This document shows positions 9,440-19,279 of a stretch of 64,000 nucleotides of DNA, in pieces. Both the position numbers and the translations under genes were made by a program. The notes beneath the pieces were generated by a model. That model ran no database searches. It was not told where the DNA came from and saw only the letters and a program-made list of their open reading frames with translations. How positions within the stretch are numbered: position 1 is the first letter of the stretch; every line of letters begins with the position of its first letter. The DNA is from Bacillales bacterium UBA6380 (GTDB lineage: Bacteria; Bacillota_I; Bacilli_A; RFN20; CAG-826). The stretch lies in assembly GCA_002438785.1 (NCBI GenBank), contig DJQS01000007.1:6194-70193 (forward strand), in the 5' to 3' direction.

Positions 9440-9749
9440 TTCATCAATCGCCTTAACCATCATCTCAGTGCTAGGGACAATCTCTAGCATTTTATTTGCT
9501 TTTTTAGCTTTTAGAAGAAATGACAAAAGAGACAATAAGGATGCTGGTAAAAATGAAGGTGTAATGCTTAGTGAAATCGGCTATATCAAGTCTTCAATTG
9601 ATAGGATAGAGAAGTCTTTAAACCATCTTGAAGAGCGATATACTGATCTTTCTAACCGTTTAATTAAAGTGGAAGAGTCCACTAAGAATGCACATAAACG
9701 AATTACGGAACTTCATGAAGAGATAAAAGGAGGAAAAAATCATGAATGA
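9432..9749 (+). CDS. membrane protein with N-terminal TM and coiled coil (XhlA-like lysis accessory?)
   Basis: 105 aa; one TM (res 7-28) followed by charged coiled coil; located just before holin. Confidence 0.35.
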   Translation: MDSSSIALTIISVLGTISSILFAFLAFRRNDKRDNKDAGKNEGVMLSEIGYIKSSIDRIEKSLNHLEERYTDLSNRLIKVEESTKNAHKRITELHEEIKGGKNHE

Positions 9750-10119
9750 AATTTTACTTAACGTTTTAAGCTGTGTAGTGACAGCAGTAATTATTCCTCT
9801 TATCACTTTACTTGGATCTAAACTTATCAAATGGATTTCTGGTAAAATCGATAATGAAAAGACTTCTAAATATTTAACGGAAGCAACAACTATTGTTTTA
9901 GATGCAGTAAAATGTGTCTTTCAAACTTATGTAGAAGCCTTAAAGAAAGAAGGAAGTTTTAATAAAGATGCTCAACTCATCGCTCTTAATAAAGCAAAAG
10001 AGATCGTTTTAAATCAACTTAGTAATGATGTAAAAGAGTATATAAAAAGTAACTTTGGTGATATCGATACCTGGCTTACTACTCAAATTGAAGCAAGTAT
10101 TAACACCTTAAAGAACTAG
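9742..10119 (+). CDS. phage holin (LL-H / holin superfamily 6-like)
   Basis: 125 aa, single N-terminal TM then amphipathic helical region; position at end of structural module. Confidence 0.5.
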   Translation: MNEILLNVLSCVVTAVIIPLITLLGSKLIKWISGKIDNEKTSKYLTEATTIVLDAVKCVFQTYVEALKKEGSFNKDAQLIALNKAKEIVLNQLSNDVKEYIKSNFGDIDTWLTTQIEASINTLKN

Positions 10120-10322
10120 GCTTTTACTTCATCAAAAAGAGCGTCACTAATACTTATTCCTAGAGCATCGCATATCTTAAAAGCGGTTTGAAGTCTGATA
10201 TTTTCATTGTTTAAGACTCGGTTAATGGTTGATAATGATAAGCCAGTAATCTCTGCTAACTCCTTTTTTGATATGCAGTGCTCGACTAGATATTTTCTTA
10301 ATCCATCAAAGGTATAGTTCAT
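10116..10322 (-). CDS. XRE-family HTH transcriptional regulator (Cro/cI-like)
   Basis: 68 aa; HTH LAEITGLSLSTINRVLNN; convergent 4-nt overlap with holin stop; divergent from the recombinase operon. Confidence 0.7.
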   Translation of the reverse strand: MNYTFDGLRKYLVEHCISKKELAEITGLSLSTINRVLNNENIRLQTAFKICDALGISISDALFDEVKA

Positions 10323-10612
10323 ATAAGAATAATAGCGTATTTTATGTAGGAGTTTTAGAAAATTCTGAGTTTAGGTGATAGGCTTAAAATATTTACTGTC
10401 AAGAAAAAGAGAATAGAAAAGAAAATAAACACGCTACAAATTTCTTTATATTACTTAGTAATATAGGCGTTTTATGAATTCATGAATTTGATAGAATTTT
10501 AAGATGATTATGAGATTTCTTTAAGATGAATTTAGATGATTTTGCCATTAAAGTAGGACTAACCAGGATTTAAAAATTCATAGGTTATAATGATTTTAAG
10601 GAGGCAATAAAA

Positions 10613-10828
10613 ATGTATAAAATTCCATCTATAACTCTTGAAACATTGCTCTTTAATCTTCAAGGGAATCAAGAAGTGCTAGTGAAAAATATTGATGTTG
10701 ATCTAACTGCTTATGGAAACGAAAGCTCAATAAGAAAAATATGCTATCAATGGCTAGAACACTTAGTGACATCAATATTTCTAAATGAGCAAAAGCAAAT
10801 TGAAATTCATATCAGTAATGAACTTTAA
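10613..10828 (+). CDS. hypothetical protein (71 aa)
   Basis: AGGAGG RBS at 10599-10604. Confidence 0.3.
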   Translation: MYKIPSITLETLLFNLQGNQEVLVKNIDVDLTAYGNESSIRKICYQWLEHLVTSIFLNEQKQIEIHISNEL

Positions 10829-10963
10829 CCTTATGACTCTGCCTTAATTGGTGGAGTCTTTTTTTGTTGTTGAAGTAAAGAAAACATAAAAAATAAAAAA
10901 TTCAAAATATATCAAAAAAAATCCTCATTTTGCACCAATGGTATTGAGGAGGTGTAACTTCAT

Positions 10964-11380
10964 ATGGACATTATTATGAAAAATAAAATTAAAGCCTTAA
11001 GGAGTGAAGGTTATGGTTATGGAAAAATAGCGGAACTTTTAAATATATCAAAAAGCCAGGTTAGTTCGTTTTGCCGAAGAAATAATATCGATTGTATGAA
11101 TTGCTCGAACTGCATCCATTGTGCTTATTGTGGCTTACCTGTTTCTTGTTTAAATCATCATAAGAAAAAGAGGTTCTGCTCCGATAGTTGCAAGAGTAAA
11201 TACTATAACGAACTTTATAAAAAAGAAGGCAAAATCCATGGTGAAAATCTAACGTGCAAGTGCTGTGGCAAGATATTTAACTCTAAATGGAATAAGAATC
11301 AAGTATTTTGTTCGCATCAATGTTATATTACATACCGTTATAAAGGAGGTAAGAAAGATGATGGAAATAGTGCTTTATAG
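10964..11380 (+). CDS. HTH plus Cys-rich zinc-ribbon protein
   Basis: 138 aa; N-terminal HTH (GYGYGKIAELLNISKSQVSSFCRR) then multiple CxxC pairs; directly upstream of recombinases. Confidence 0.45.
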   Translation: MDIIMKNKIKALRSEGYGYGKIAELLNISKSQVSSFCRRNNIDCMNCSNCIHCAYCGLPVSCLNHHKKKRFCSDSCKSKYYNELYKKEGKIHGENLTCKCCGKIFNSKWNKNQVFCSHQCYITYRYKGGKKDDGNSAL

Positions 11381-11543
11381 AGAGAATTTAGAGAATTATA
11401 AAATTGCCATGAATTTAATAAAAACAATGCAAAACTTAGGTATTTTATCAGAAAACGACCTAAATAAGATGGGTAGAGTTTTAAGAAAAAAATATAGTAT
11501 CAAACCTAGTTCTATTTATGTCGATGATGGGTTGAATTCCTAG
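11357..11543 (+). CDS. small hypothetical protein (about 62 aa)
   Basis: ATG 11357 preceded by AAAGGAGG (11341-11348); ORF-track start at 11265 overlaps the upstream gene. Confidence 0.25.
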
Positions 11544-11584
11544 CCGTTTAGAGTGATGTATATGACTAAGGAGGTATAAAGAAA

Positions 11585-12886
11585 ATGGAAGAAAAAAGCA
11601 TTGAAAAAAGACTCGGTATGCCGTCCTTAGTTCATAAGAAAAAAGTCGCTGCATATTGTCGAGTCTCAGTTGAAAAAGATGCCATGCTCCATTCCTTATC
11701 GAACCAGGTATCCTATTATCAAGATTACATTGCTAAAAACGATGAATGGATCTATGTAGGAACTTATGCAGATGAAGGAATAAGTGGCACTAAGGTTAAT
11801 AGACCTGAATTCAATCGCCTTATTGAAGATTGTAAGGCACATAAAATCGATATGATAATTACAAAGTCAATATCGAGATTTGCTCGAAACACCACGCTCT
11901 TACTTCAAACGACAAGGCTTTTAAAAAAATTAAATATCGATGTCTATTTTGAAGAGCAGAAGATTCATAGTCTATCTAACGATGGTGAGTTAATGCTTTC
12001 TTTACTGGCTGGATTTGCTGAAGAGGAAGCTAAGTCGATGTCAAATAATGTAAGATGGAAAGTAAATAAGTTTTTTGAAGACGGTAAGATTTGGGGACTT
12101 CACAAAATATATGGCTATGATGTTATTGATGGCAAGCTAGTGGTGAATCAAAAAGAAGCTGAAGTCATAAGACTCATTTATCATCTTTATTTAGATGAAG
12201 GACTAGGAACTCATCAAATAGTCAATAGACTTGACGAACTCAATATCCCTGCTCCAAAAGCTAATGGATGGATACGATATAGTGTGCGAAATATTTTAAG
12301 ATCCATCATTTATACTGGCGAGTTGATGCTTGGTAAATATTCTCAAGAAATGAACCCTATATCACACCATAAAGAAAACGATGGAAGATACCCTTTGTAT
12401 TATGTTGAAGAAAGTCATGAGCCAATTATCAGTAAGGAACTTTATGAAAGAGCCCAGGCAACATTTAAACAAAGGAATGAAAAGTATATACCTACCAAAG
12501 AGAATAATTACTCGCCTTTTGCTGGTTTAATTAAATGTGCTAGTTGCGGAAAGAATTATCTTAGAAAGAAAAATAAGTATCGCATCTATTGGATATGTGG
12601 TCAGTTTGTTGTTGGAAAAGGTAAAAAGTGTAATCAAGCCTTATCACTTAGAGAAGATACGCTTTATGAACTTACAAAACTCGCTCTAGATATAGATGAA
12701 GTAACTGAAAAGAGTCTAGAGCCATTAGAACAAATTATGGTTCATGATTCAAAAGACCTAGATTTTATATTCAAAAACGGAGAAAAGAAAACCTATCATT
12801 TTGAGTTTAAGTCAAGAAAAGAATCGTGGACGGAAGAAATGAAAGAAGAAGCAAGAAGAAGGGGGTTATTAAATTATTATGCCTAA
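11585..12886 (+). CDS. large serine recombinase (433 aa)
   Basis: Resolvase catalytic N-terminus AAYCRVSVEKD with Ser nucleophile; recombinase and zinc-ribbon domains (CASCGKNY...C); AAGGAGG RBS. Confidence 0.85.
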   Translation: MEEKSIEKRLGMPSLVHKKKVAAYCRVSVEKDAMLHSLSNQVSYYQDYIAKNDEWIYVGTYADEGISGTKVNRPEFNRLIEDCKAHKIDMIITKSISRFARNTTLLLQTTRLLKKLNIDVYFEEQKIHSLSNDGELMLSLLAGFAEEEAKSMSNNVRWKVNKFFEDGKIWGLHKIYGYDVIDGKLVVNQKEAEVIRLIYHLYLDEGLGTHQIVNRLDELNIPAPKANGWIRYSVRNILRSIIYTGELMLGKYSQEMNPISHHKENDGRYPLYYVEESHEPIISKELYERAQATFKQRNEKYIPTKENNYSPFAGLIKCASCGKNYLRKKNKYRIYWICGQFVVGKGKKCNQALSLREDTLYELTKLALDIDEVTEKSLEPLEQIMVHDSKDLDFIFKNGEKKTYHFEFKSRKESWTEEMKEEARRRGLLNYYA

Positions 12887-14480
12887 AGTAACTAAAATAG
12901 AAGCTACTATAAATCCAAAAACAAGACTGCCAAAGAATCAATTAACAAAAAGAAAAGTTGCAGCCTATGCTCGAGTATCAACCGATAGCGATGAACAAGC
13001 CACATCCTATTCAGCTCAAGTTGATTATTATAGTCGCTATATTAAATCTAGACCTGATTGGGAGTTTGTTGATGTTTATACCGATGAAGGAATCAGTGGA
13101 ACAAATACTAAAAATAGAAATGGCTTTAATAAAATGATCGCTGATGCCTTAGATGGTAAAATTGACCTGATCATCACAAAATCAGTCTCTAGATTTGCTC
13201 GTAATACAGTCGATAGTTTAGTTAATATTAGAAAACTAAAAGAACATAATGTTGAGTGCTACTTTGAAAAAGAAAATATCTATACTTTCGATTCTAAAGG
13301 AGAGTTATTAATTACTTTAATGTCGAGTCTAGCTCAAGAAGAATCTAGGTCGATAAGTGAAAATGTAACTTGGGGACAAAGAAAGAGATTTGCTGACGGT
13401 AAGTTCTCGATGCATTTTAATAACTTTCTTGGCTATAAAAAAGGTCCGAATGGTGAAATTGAAATTGATGAAGAAGAAGCCAAAACTATCAGAGTAATTT
13501 ATAGATTGTATCTTGATGGACATTCTATCGTTGAAATTGCTAAATATTTAGATGAAAACAATTATGGTAAGCCAAATAAAAATAAAGGAACAAAATGGTC
13601 GATTTCAACTGTAAAAGGTATCTTAACTAATGAAAAATATAAAGGAGATGCCTTGCTTCAAAAAAGTTTTACTATCGATTTTTTAGGACATAAGACAAAG
13701 AAAAATGAAGGCGAGATTCCTCAATATTATGTTAAAAATTCTCATCCAGCCATCATACCTAAAGAAGAGTGGGAAATGGTACAAGATGAGATGAAAAGAA
13801 GAAAAAAAATAGGTTCAAAATATCAATTTGTCAATTCATGCTTTAGTAGTAAGCTCATATGTGAAGATTGTGGAGCGTTTTATGGTAGAAAAGTGTGGCA
13901 CTCTACTGATAAAGGAAGAAAAGTAATCTGGCAATGCAATAATAAGTTTAATCTTAGCAAAGAAAAAAGATGCAAAACTCCTCATTTGAGTGAAGAAGAA
14001 ATTAAATCAATGTTTATGAAGGCATACTTTCAACTAATGGATAAGAAGGGAAAGTATATAGATGATTTAAATGAAGTTAAAAATGCTCTTTGTGATATCG
14101 ATGAACTTGAAGACAAAATTAGAGAAAAAGATAAAGAAATAAAAACGGTTATTAGTGATGTTGAAAGTTTAGTGAAAAGTAATGCTAGTAAACCTCAAGA
14201 TCAGCTTAGTTATTATAAAAAGTATGCAGAACTAGAAGAAAAGTATAATTTATTAAAAGCTGATTACGATAAACTAGTAAGCCAAAAAGAAGAAAAAAAT
14301 GCAAAAGCAATAAGAATAGAAAAGTTTATTCAAGACATAAAAAATCATAAAGAAGAGATGGTAGAGTTTAATGAACCGCTCTGGAACTTGCTAGTTGAAA
14401 ATGCTATCGTTCATAAAGACAAATCCATAACGTTTAGGTTTCGAAGCGGTGTTGAAATTAAGGTTGAAGCTGAGGAGTGA
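12879..14480 (+). CDS. large serine recombinase (533 aa) with C-terminal coiled coil
   Basis: AAYARVSTDSDEQ catalytic motif; ICEDCGAFY...C zinc ribbon; long coiled-coil tail; 8-nt overlap with upstream recombinase. Confidence 0.85.
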   Translation: MPKVTKIEATINPKTRLPKNQLTKRKVAAYARVSTDSDEQATSYSAQVDYYSRYIKSRPDWEFVDVYTDEGISGTNTKNRNGFNKMIADALDGKIDLIITKSVSRFARNTVDSLVNIRKLKEHNVECYFEKENIYTFDSKGELLITLMSSLAQEESRSISENVTWGQRKRFADGKFSMHFNNFLGYKKGPNGEIEIDEEEAKTIRVIYRLYLDGHSIVEIAKYLDENNYGKPNKNKGTKWSISTVKGILTNEKYKGDALLQKSFTIDFLGHKTKKNEGEIPQYYVKNSHPAIIPKEEWEMVQDEMKRRKKIGSKYQFVNSCFSSKLICEDCGAFYGRKVWHSTDKGRKVIWQCNNKFNLSKEKRCKTPHLSEEEIKSMFMKAYFQLMDKKGKYIDDLNEVKNALCDIDELEDKIREKDKEIKTVISDVESLVKSNASKPQDQLSYYKKYAELEEKYNLLKADYDKLVSQKEEKNAKAIRIEKFIQDIKNHKEEMVEFNEPLWNLLVENAIVHKDKSITFRFRSGVEIKVEAEE

Positions 14481-14536
14481 TTCTCGGCTTTTTATTTTTG
14501 TATAGAAATAGGGTATAATTGTTTTGGGTGGTAATA

Positions 14537-15148
14537 ATGATAAGAAGTGAAATAGGTAGTCGTTATAGAAAATTAATAGTAATTGAAGAAACAAGTAAAA
14601 GATACCATTCAACTCGCATAGTTAGATGTAGGTGTGATTGTGGTAATGAAATAGAGCTCACCATTAGCAAACTCCATAGCGGACACACCAAATCTTGTGG
14701 TTGTTTAAAACATCGAGTAGTTGATCTAACTGGTCAAAGGTTTTCTAGACTTCAAGTAGTAGAGTTTGCTTATACTAAAAATAGAAAGAATTATTGGAAG
14801 TGCCTATGCGATTGTGGGAACACGTGCTTTGTTGATACAGCCTCACTTAGAAATGGAACGACCGTATCTTGTGGATGTAAGAATAAAGAAAATCGAGCCA
14901 ATGTTAAAAATCTAGATAGTGGATTAGTTGATGGAACTAGAAAGTCATCCATTAAGAAAGATAGGAAAGTGAATAAAAACAATAAGTCAGGAGTTACTGG
15001 TGTTTCATATGATTCCACTAAAGGCTTATGGGTTGCTCAGATAACTTTTCAAAATAAAAATCACTGCCTTGGTAGATATAAAACTAAAAGCGAAGCCATC
15101 AAAGCTAGGAAGAATGGTGAAGAGCAATACTTTTCTAAATATCGATAG
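14537..15148 (+). CDS. AP2-domain DNA-binding protein with duplicated CxCxCG...SCGC zinc-ribbon modules
   Basis: Two repeats CRCDCGNEIELT...SCGCLKHR / CLCDCGNTCFVD...SCGCKNKE then AP2-like segment VTGVSYDSTKGLWVAQI...LGRYKTKSEAIKARK; TATAAT at 14510-14515. Confidence 0.5.
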   Translation: MIRSEIGSRYRKLIVIEETSKRYHSTRIVRCRCDCGNEIELTISKLHSGHTKSCGCLKHRVVDLTGQRFSRLQVVEFAYTKNRKNYWKCLCDCGNTCFVDTASLRNGTTVSCGCKNKENRANVKNLDSGLVDGTRKSSIKKDRKVNKNNKSGVTGVSYDSTKGLWVAQITFQNKNHCLGRYKTKSEAIKARKNGEEQYFSKYR

Positions 15149-15236
15149 GGGTGTCGTTTTCTCTAAGGGTGTCGCTTTTTTGCACTAGGGTGTCGGTTTA
15201 TATATAGGGTGTCGCAAAATTAGCGTAAGGGTGTCG
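15148..15236. repeat. five direct repeats of AGGGTGTCG at about 20-bp spacing
   Basis: Copies start at 15148, 15166, 15187, 15206 and 15228; GC-rich 9-mer in a 27% GC background; the array begins at the AP2 gene stop codon. Confidence 0.85.
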
Positions 15237-15406
15237 AAAGTATCAAGGTCATAATTCTTTGCCATAAGAAAAGCATAGGTTTGATACAAATGTTATCAAG
15301 CCTTTTTTCTTTGCAGATAGGAAACTTTATCCTTTCCGCCAGCAATATTCAGAGCCTTGTAGGAGTGTCAAACGGCATTTTTATGAGGCTCATTTTTTTT
15401 GAATAT

Positions 15407-15464
15407 TGCTACGGAACGAAAGCCTTATCAACGGAACGATAGGTAGTGCTACGGAACGAAAGCC
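15407..15464. repeat. ACGGAACGA x3 at exact 20-bp phase; outer copies embedded in identical 18-mers TGCTACGGAACGAAAGCC
   Basis: Copies start at 15411, 15431, 15451; 18-mer at 15407-15424 and 15447-15464. Confidence 0.85.
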
Positions 15465-15607
15465 TCTAAAAAGATTTTTGATAAAATTTTCGTTTTTATG
15501 ACAAATTATTCTCTAATGTACTATAACAGATGATATGAAACAAAATCTCTAAACAAAAAGACATCTGATTTATAATTTTATTGGACTAATTATAAGGAGA
15601 TGTCTAT

Positions 15608-16278
15608 ATGAATATTTTAGCATTAAATGATACAAAATCATCAAGTACTTTTGAGACTCGTAAAAACGTGATAAACGCAATCTTGAATTTACATTGGTCT
15701 TATAATAAGGCTTGTGGCTATTATCATGCATCAAGAATTTCTATCTACCGTTTCGTTAAAAAAATAAAAATAATCCATGTGATGAAAGCATCGCATTATT
15801 TTCTCATAAGCCAAAAAGTCCACATCCTAATGCATATAATGATGAATTAATACAGAAAATTTTAAACAAGCATAGGAGGTGTCATGGTAAATCAAAATTT
15901 GAAATATGGTGTGATTTTCAATCTTCTATTGGAGATTTTAAACCTTCATATATGACAATTTTGCGTACTTTTAGAAGAAATAGCGAAGATTTTCAATACA
16001 AAACAAATAAAAAGAAAAAACATGATAGACCATACGATACTCCGAAATTGCCTGGCGAAAAATGGCAAGTCGATGTTAAATATGTGCCCAAAGAGTGTAA
16101 AACCCAAGATCTAGAGGGAAGATTTTATCAATATACAATTCTTGATGAATTCAGTAGAAAACGTTTTCTTTATTTTACCAATGAACATTCAATGTATGAA
16201 ACTGTGAAATCGCTTGAAAGAGCATTGAATTTTTTAGACTATATCTCTGCTGGAATACGAACTGATAATTGGTTTTGA
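15608..16278 (+). pseudogene. disrupted IS30/IS481-like (rve/DDE) transposase: HTH fragment plus integrase-core fragment
   Basis: 15608-15850 is an HTH N-terminal piece; 15952-16278 carries GEKWQVDVKYV ... IRTDNWF (RTDNGxEF-type rve hallmark) truncated right after; frame breaks in between. Confidence 0.5.
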
Positions 16279-16449
16279 ATTTTTAGATAGAGCAAAAAGA
16301 GAGAAAGATGGGAAAACTTTGGTTCTATGAAATAAAGTCTGTATGAAAAAAACAGCATACACATTTAATTTCACAGATTTACAGTCTTTTAAAATGAAAA
16401 GGCCTCTATAATTTAAGTGTTCAAAAGCAATAATAGGAGGTCTTTTCAT

Positions 16450-17013
16450 ATGGATTTTAACACATTACTTTTAAGACTTGGGATAAGTTCAGAAAATTTT
16501 ATTAATAAAGAAGGTATTGCTATACCGATTGAAGGAGGAATGCTTTACGAGGTAGAACAACAAAAAATAGTTAGAAAATGTCCATATTGTGAATGTGGTG
16601 AATCGGTAATAATTGGTTACTATTATACAGAAACAAAATGCTCAGAATCAGAAAATTTTAAGGATATCTTGAGAATTATGCGAGTAAGATTCAGTTGCAA
16701 AAAGTGCGGTAAAATATTTTCTCCAAAAATAAATGGAATTGAAAGATATGCAACAATTAGTAATCAAGTTGAAAGATTCATAATAAATGATTTCGTAAAG
16801 CCATTAACTTTTGCTCAAATAGGCAAAAGATATGGCTTGAAAAAGCAAAGAATAATTCAAATTTTTGATGAAAAAGTTAAATATGTTCCTAGAAGAAAAA
16901 TGCCGCGTATTTTATGTATAGACGAAATTAAATTTTCAGAAGAATTTGATCAAAACTACTGCTGCGCCTTGTACGATTTTGAGAAAAGAGAAATCGTAGA
17001 TATTATTAAGTGA
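16450..17013 (+). pseudogene. ISL3-family transposase N-terminal fragment (zinc-finger plus HTH), truncated
   Basis: MDFNTLLLRLG...CPYCECGESV... matches ISL3 N-terminal region; about 188 aa versus about 430 aa full length; AGGAGG RBS; no DDE domain follows. Confidence 0.5.
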
Positions 17014-17351
17014 TAATGTCATAATGCCACTTCAATTTCGTTAAGTTTGCACATCAACTATCCTTTCTTTTTAGTCCAAGTTTTATCCACACCATAATTG
17101 GTAAAAGTATATATACTTTTTCAGTAACCATAGGGTGCTGGTTAAATGAATTGTATTTATACATTTTTATAAAGGAAATTGTCTATATAATTGGCTTAAG
17201 TTTAGTAGAATAAACGACTTGTTTTTTAATATTTTTTGGTCATACAGGTTTCATTTTTGTTATAAAATAATATTTTTGAACTTTAAGTCCCAAAACTCTT
17301 GAATAAAGAATTATCTTATGATACATTTTTAAAAAAGATAGGAGATTAATC

Positions 17352-18581
17352 ATGACCAAACTTATAAATCGTGCTGAATACTTAAAACAACTGATTGAGA
17401 ATAAGGATGTTGATTTAGTAAAAATAATAACTGGTATTCGCAGATGTGGGAAGTCTTCTTTACTAGATTTGCTTCATGAATACCTTTTGCAAAATGGTAC
17501 GCCAGGAGAAAATATTATTCATATGAATCTAGAATCATTACAATATCGGAATATTATTGATTATTTTAGTTTTTATGATTACGTAGCAAAACATATTGCA
17601 AAGAGTGGAAAAACGTATTTGATTTTTGATGAGCTACAGGTAATTGAGCATTGGGAAAAAGCTGTTGAATCATTTCGTTTGGATTTTAATGTGGATATCT
17701 ATATAACAGGCTCTAACGCTTACTTATTATCTTCGGAATTATCGACCTTGCTTTCGGGAAGATATGTGGAGATACGTATGTTGCCATTATCTTTCAAAGA
17801 ATTTTTGAATTTTTATAATTTTGAAGTATCTATCAGTATTGAAGAAAAATTTCAGAAATATCTTCAGTTTGGGGGAATGCCTATTTTAAGAGAATATCAA
17901 TTCAATGAGACGAGAATTAATCAGGCACTTGAAGGCATTTATTCAACTGTTGTTTTAAAAGATATTTTACTCCGCAATCCACAGGCTGATCAGTCAATTT
18001 TAGAAAAGCTTATATTGTTCCTTTGCTCGAATATTGGAAGTATAACTTCGCCAAATAGTATTGGAAATGCCTTATCTCATGAAGGAAATATAATCAAAGG
18101 AAAAGATAAGAATATTGCCAGAAAGACGGTCGATAAATATCTTGATATGCTTCATCAAGCATTCTTTTTCTACTCAGTAAGACGATATGATGTGAAAGGT
18201 AAACAATTTTTGAAAACTTTAGAAAAGAATTATATTATTGATTTAGGATTTCGAAATATGTTATTAGGGTATCGAGATGTGGATAGGGGACATATATTAG
18301 AAAATGTTGTATATTTGGAGCTTATTCGAAGAGGTTACAATGTATATATTGGTAAAATTGGAGAACTTGAGGCTGATTTTATTGCTGAAAAACCAAATGA
18401 AAAACTATATATTCAGGTTACGGAGAGTATGCAATTAATAGAAACACGAGATCGTGAATTAAAACCACTAAGAATCATTAGAGATAATTATGAAAAAATT
18501 ATTCTATCGATGGATAGAAGTTATGTAACTTCTTATGATGGAATTAAGTCATTAAATTTAATTGATTGGCTACTACAATAG
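17352..18581 (+). CDS. AAA+ ATPase (AAA_14 plus DUF4143-type)
   Basis: Walker A GIRRCGKSSLL, Walker B LIFDELQ; 409 aa architecture typical of the widespread DUF4143 ATPase family. Confidence 0.7.
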   Translation: MTKLINRAEYLKQLIENKDVDLVKIITGIRRCGKSSLLDLLHEYLLQNGTPGENIIHMNLESLQYRNIIDYFSFYDYVAKHIAKSGKTYLIFDELQVIEHWEKAVESFRLDFNVDIYITGSNAYLLSSELSTLLSGRYVEIRMLPLSFKEFLNFYNFEVSISIEEKFQKYLQFGGMPILREYQFNETRINQALEGIYSTVVLKDILLRNPQADQSILEKLILFLCSNIGSITSPNSIGNALSHEGNIIKGKDKNIARKTVDKYLDMLHQAFFFYSVRRYDVKGKQFLKTLEKNYIIDLGFRNMLLGYRDVDRGHILENVVYLELIRRGYNVYIGKIGELEADFIAEKPNEKLYIQVTESMQLIETRDRELKPLRIIRDNYEKIILSMDRSYVTSYDGIKSLNLIDWLLQ

Positions 18582-19156
18582 TTCTATTATCCACGCGGAT
18601 AAAATATAATTATTTCAAATTTAAATATTGTATTTGAGATAACATTTTTAAATATTCTTAAATCAATTATTAAGTTGATGAGTTATAGTTACCTTTTATT
18701 TTACAATGAATATAAAGTATAAAAACTCTCGGTAGAATCAGAATTTGTTATAGGTATCATATCACTGGTAGAAAAGTCGTTTTATATTAATTAGATAGAA
18801 TGTGGCATGTTGTTACTTAAATTTTTATATGATTAAAGATGTCAAAATTAGTCATAAATGTTCGATGTAAAGTGAATTTTTTTATCATCGAGATTAGAGA
18901 AATATAGAATCAGATGAATTTATTATCGAATTAAATAAATACCTAGAATGGTTCAAAAATAAGTGAAGATTGAATTATCTTTCTATAAATAATTTCACAT
19001 TATATTAGTGGCAGATGTTGTCAGAAAAATATCTGCATTTCCTTTCCAACAATTTCAGTATGATATTTATAGGAAAATGCATTTAGCTATATCAATAGTT
19101 GTTTAATGTACAAAAGTCGTTATCAGACTTATTTTATTAATTGTAATGACTTAATA

Positions 19157-19279
19157 ATGCAACTCAAAAAAGTTAAGCATGAAAATACTTTAGCAAGAAG
19201 ACTCAAACACTTCATCTCTTATAGTATTCTTATTATTGATGAAGTCGGATTTCTTCTTATTTGTGCAGAAAAATCTTAA
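19157..19279 (+). pseudogene. IstB-like (IS21 helper ATPase) fragment
   Basis: Short ORF MQLKKVKHENTLARRLKHFISYSILIIDEVGFLLICAEKS contains the IstB Walker-B-like LIIDE(L/V)G(Y/F) motif; ends in a stop with further fragments out of frame. Confidence 0.3.

Noticed and set aside
9432-10119. Calling an endolysin within the lysis cassette
   Set aside because: Neither protein has catalytic amidase, lysozyme or peptidase motifs. Both are membrane plus coiled-coil proteins, so only holin and XhlA-like calls are made.
11585-14480. Interpreting the tandem recombinases as a Tn3-type resolvase/invertase pair
   Set aside because: Both are large (433 and 533 aa) with recombinase, zinc-ribbon and coiled-coil extensions characteristic of large serine integrases, not about 190-aa resolvases.
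15148-15236. GGGTGTCG repeat array considered as a CRISPR array
   Set aside because: Repeats are only 9 bp with about 11-bp spacers and there are no cas genes nearby. The geometry fits iterons or protein-binding sites, not CRISPR.
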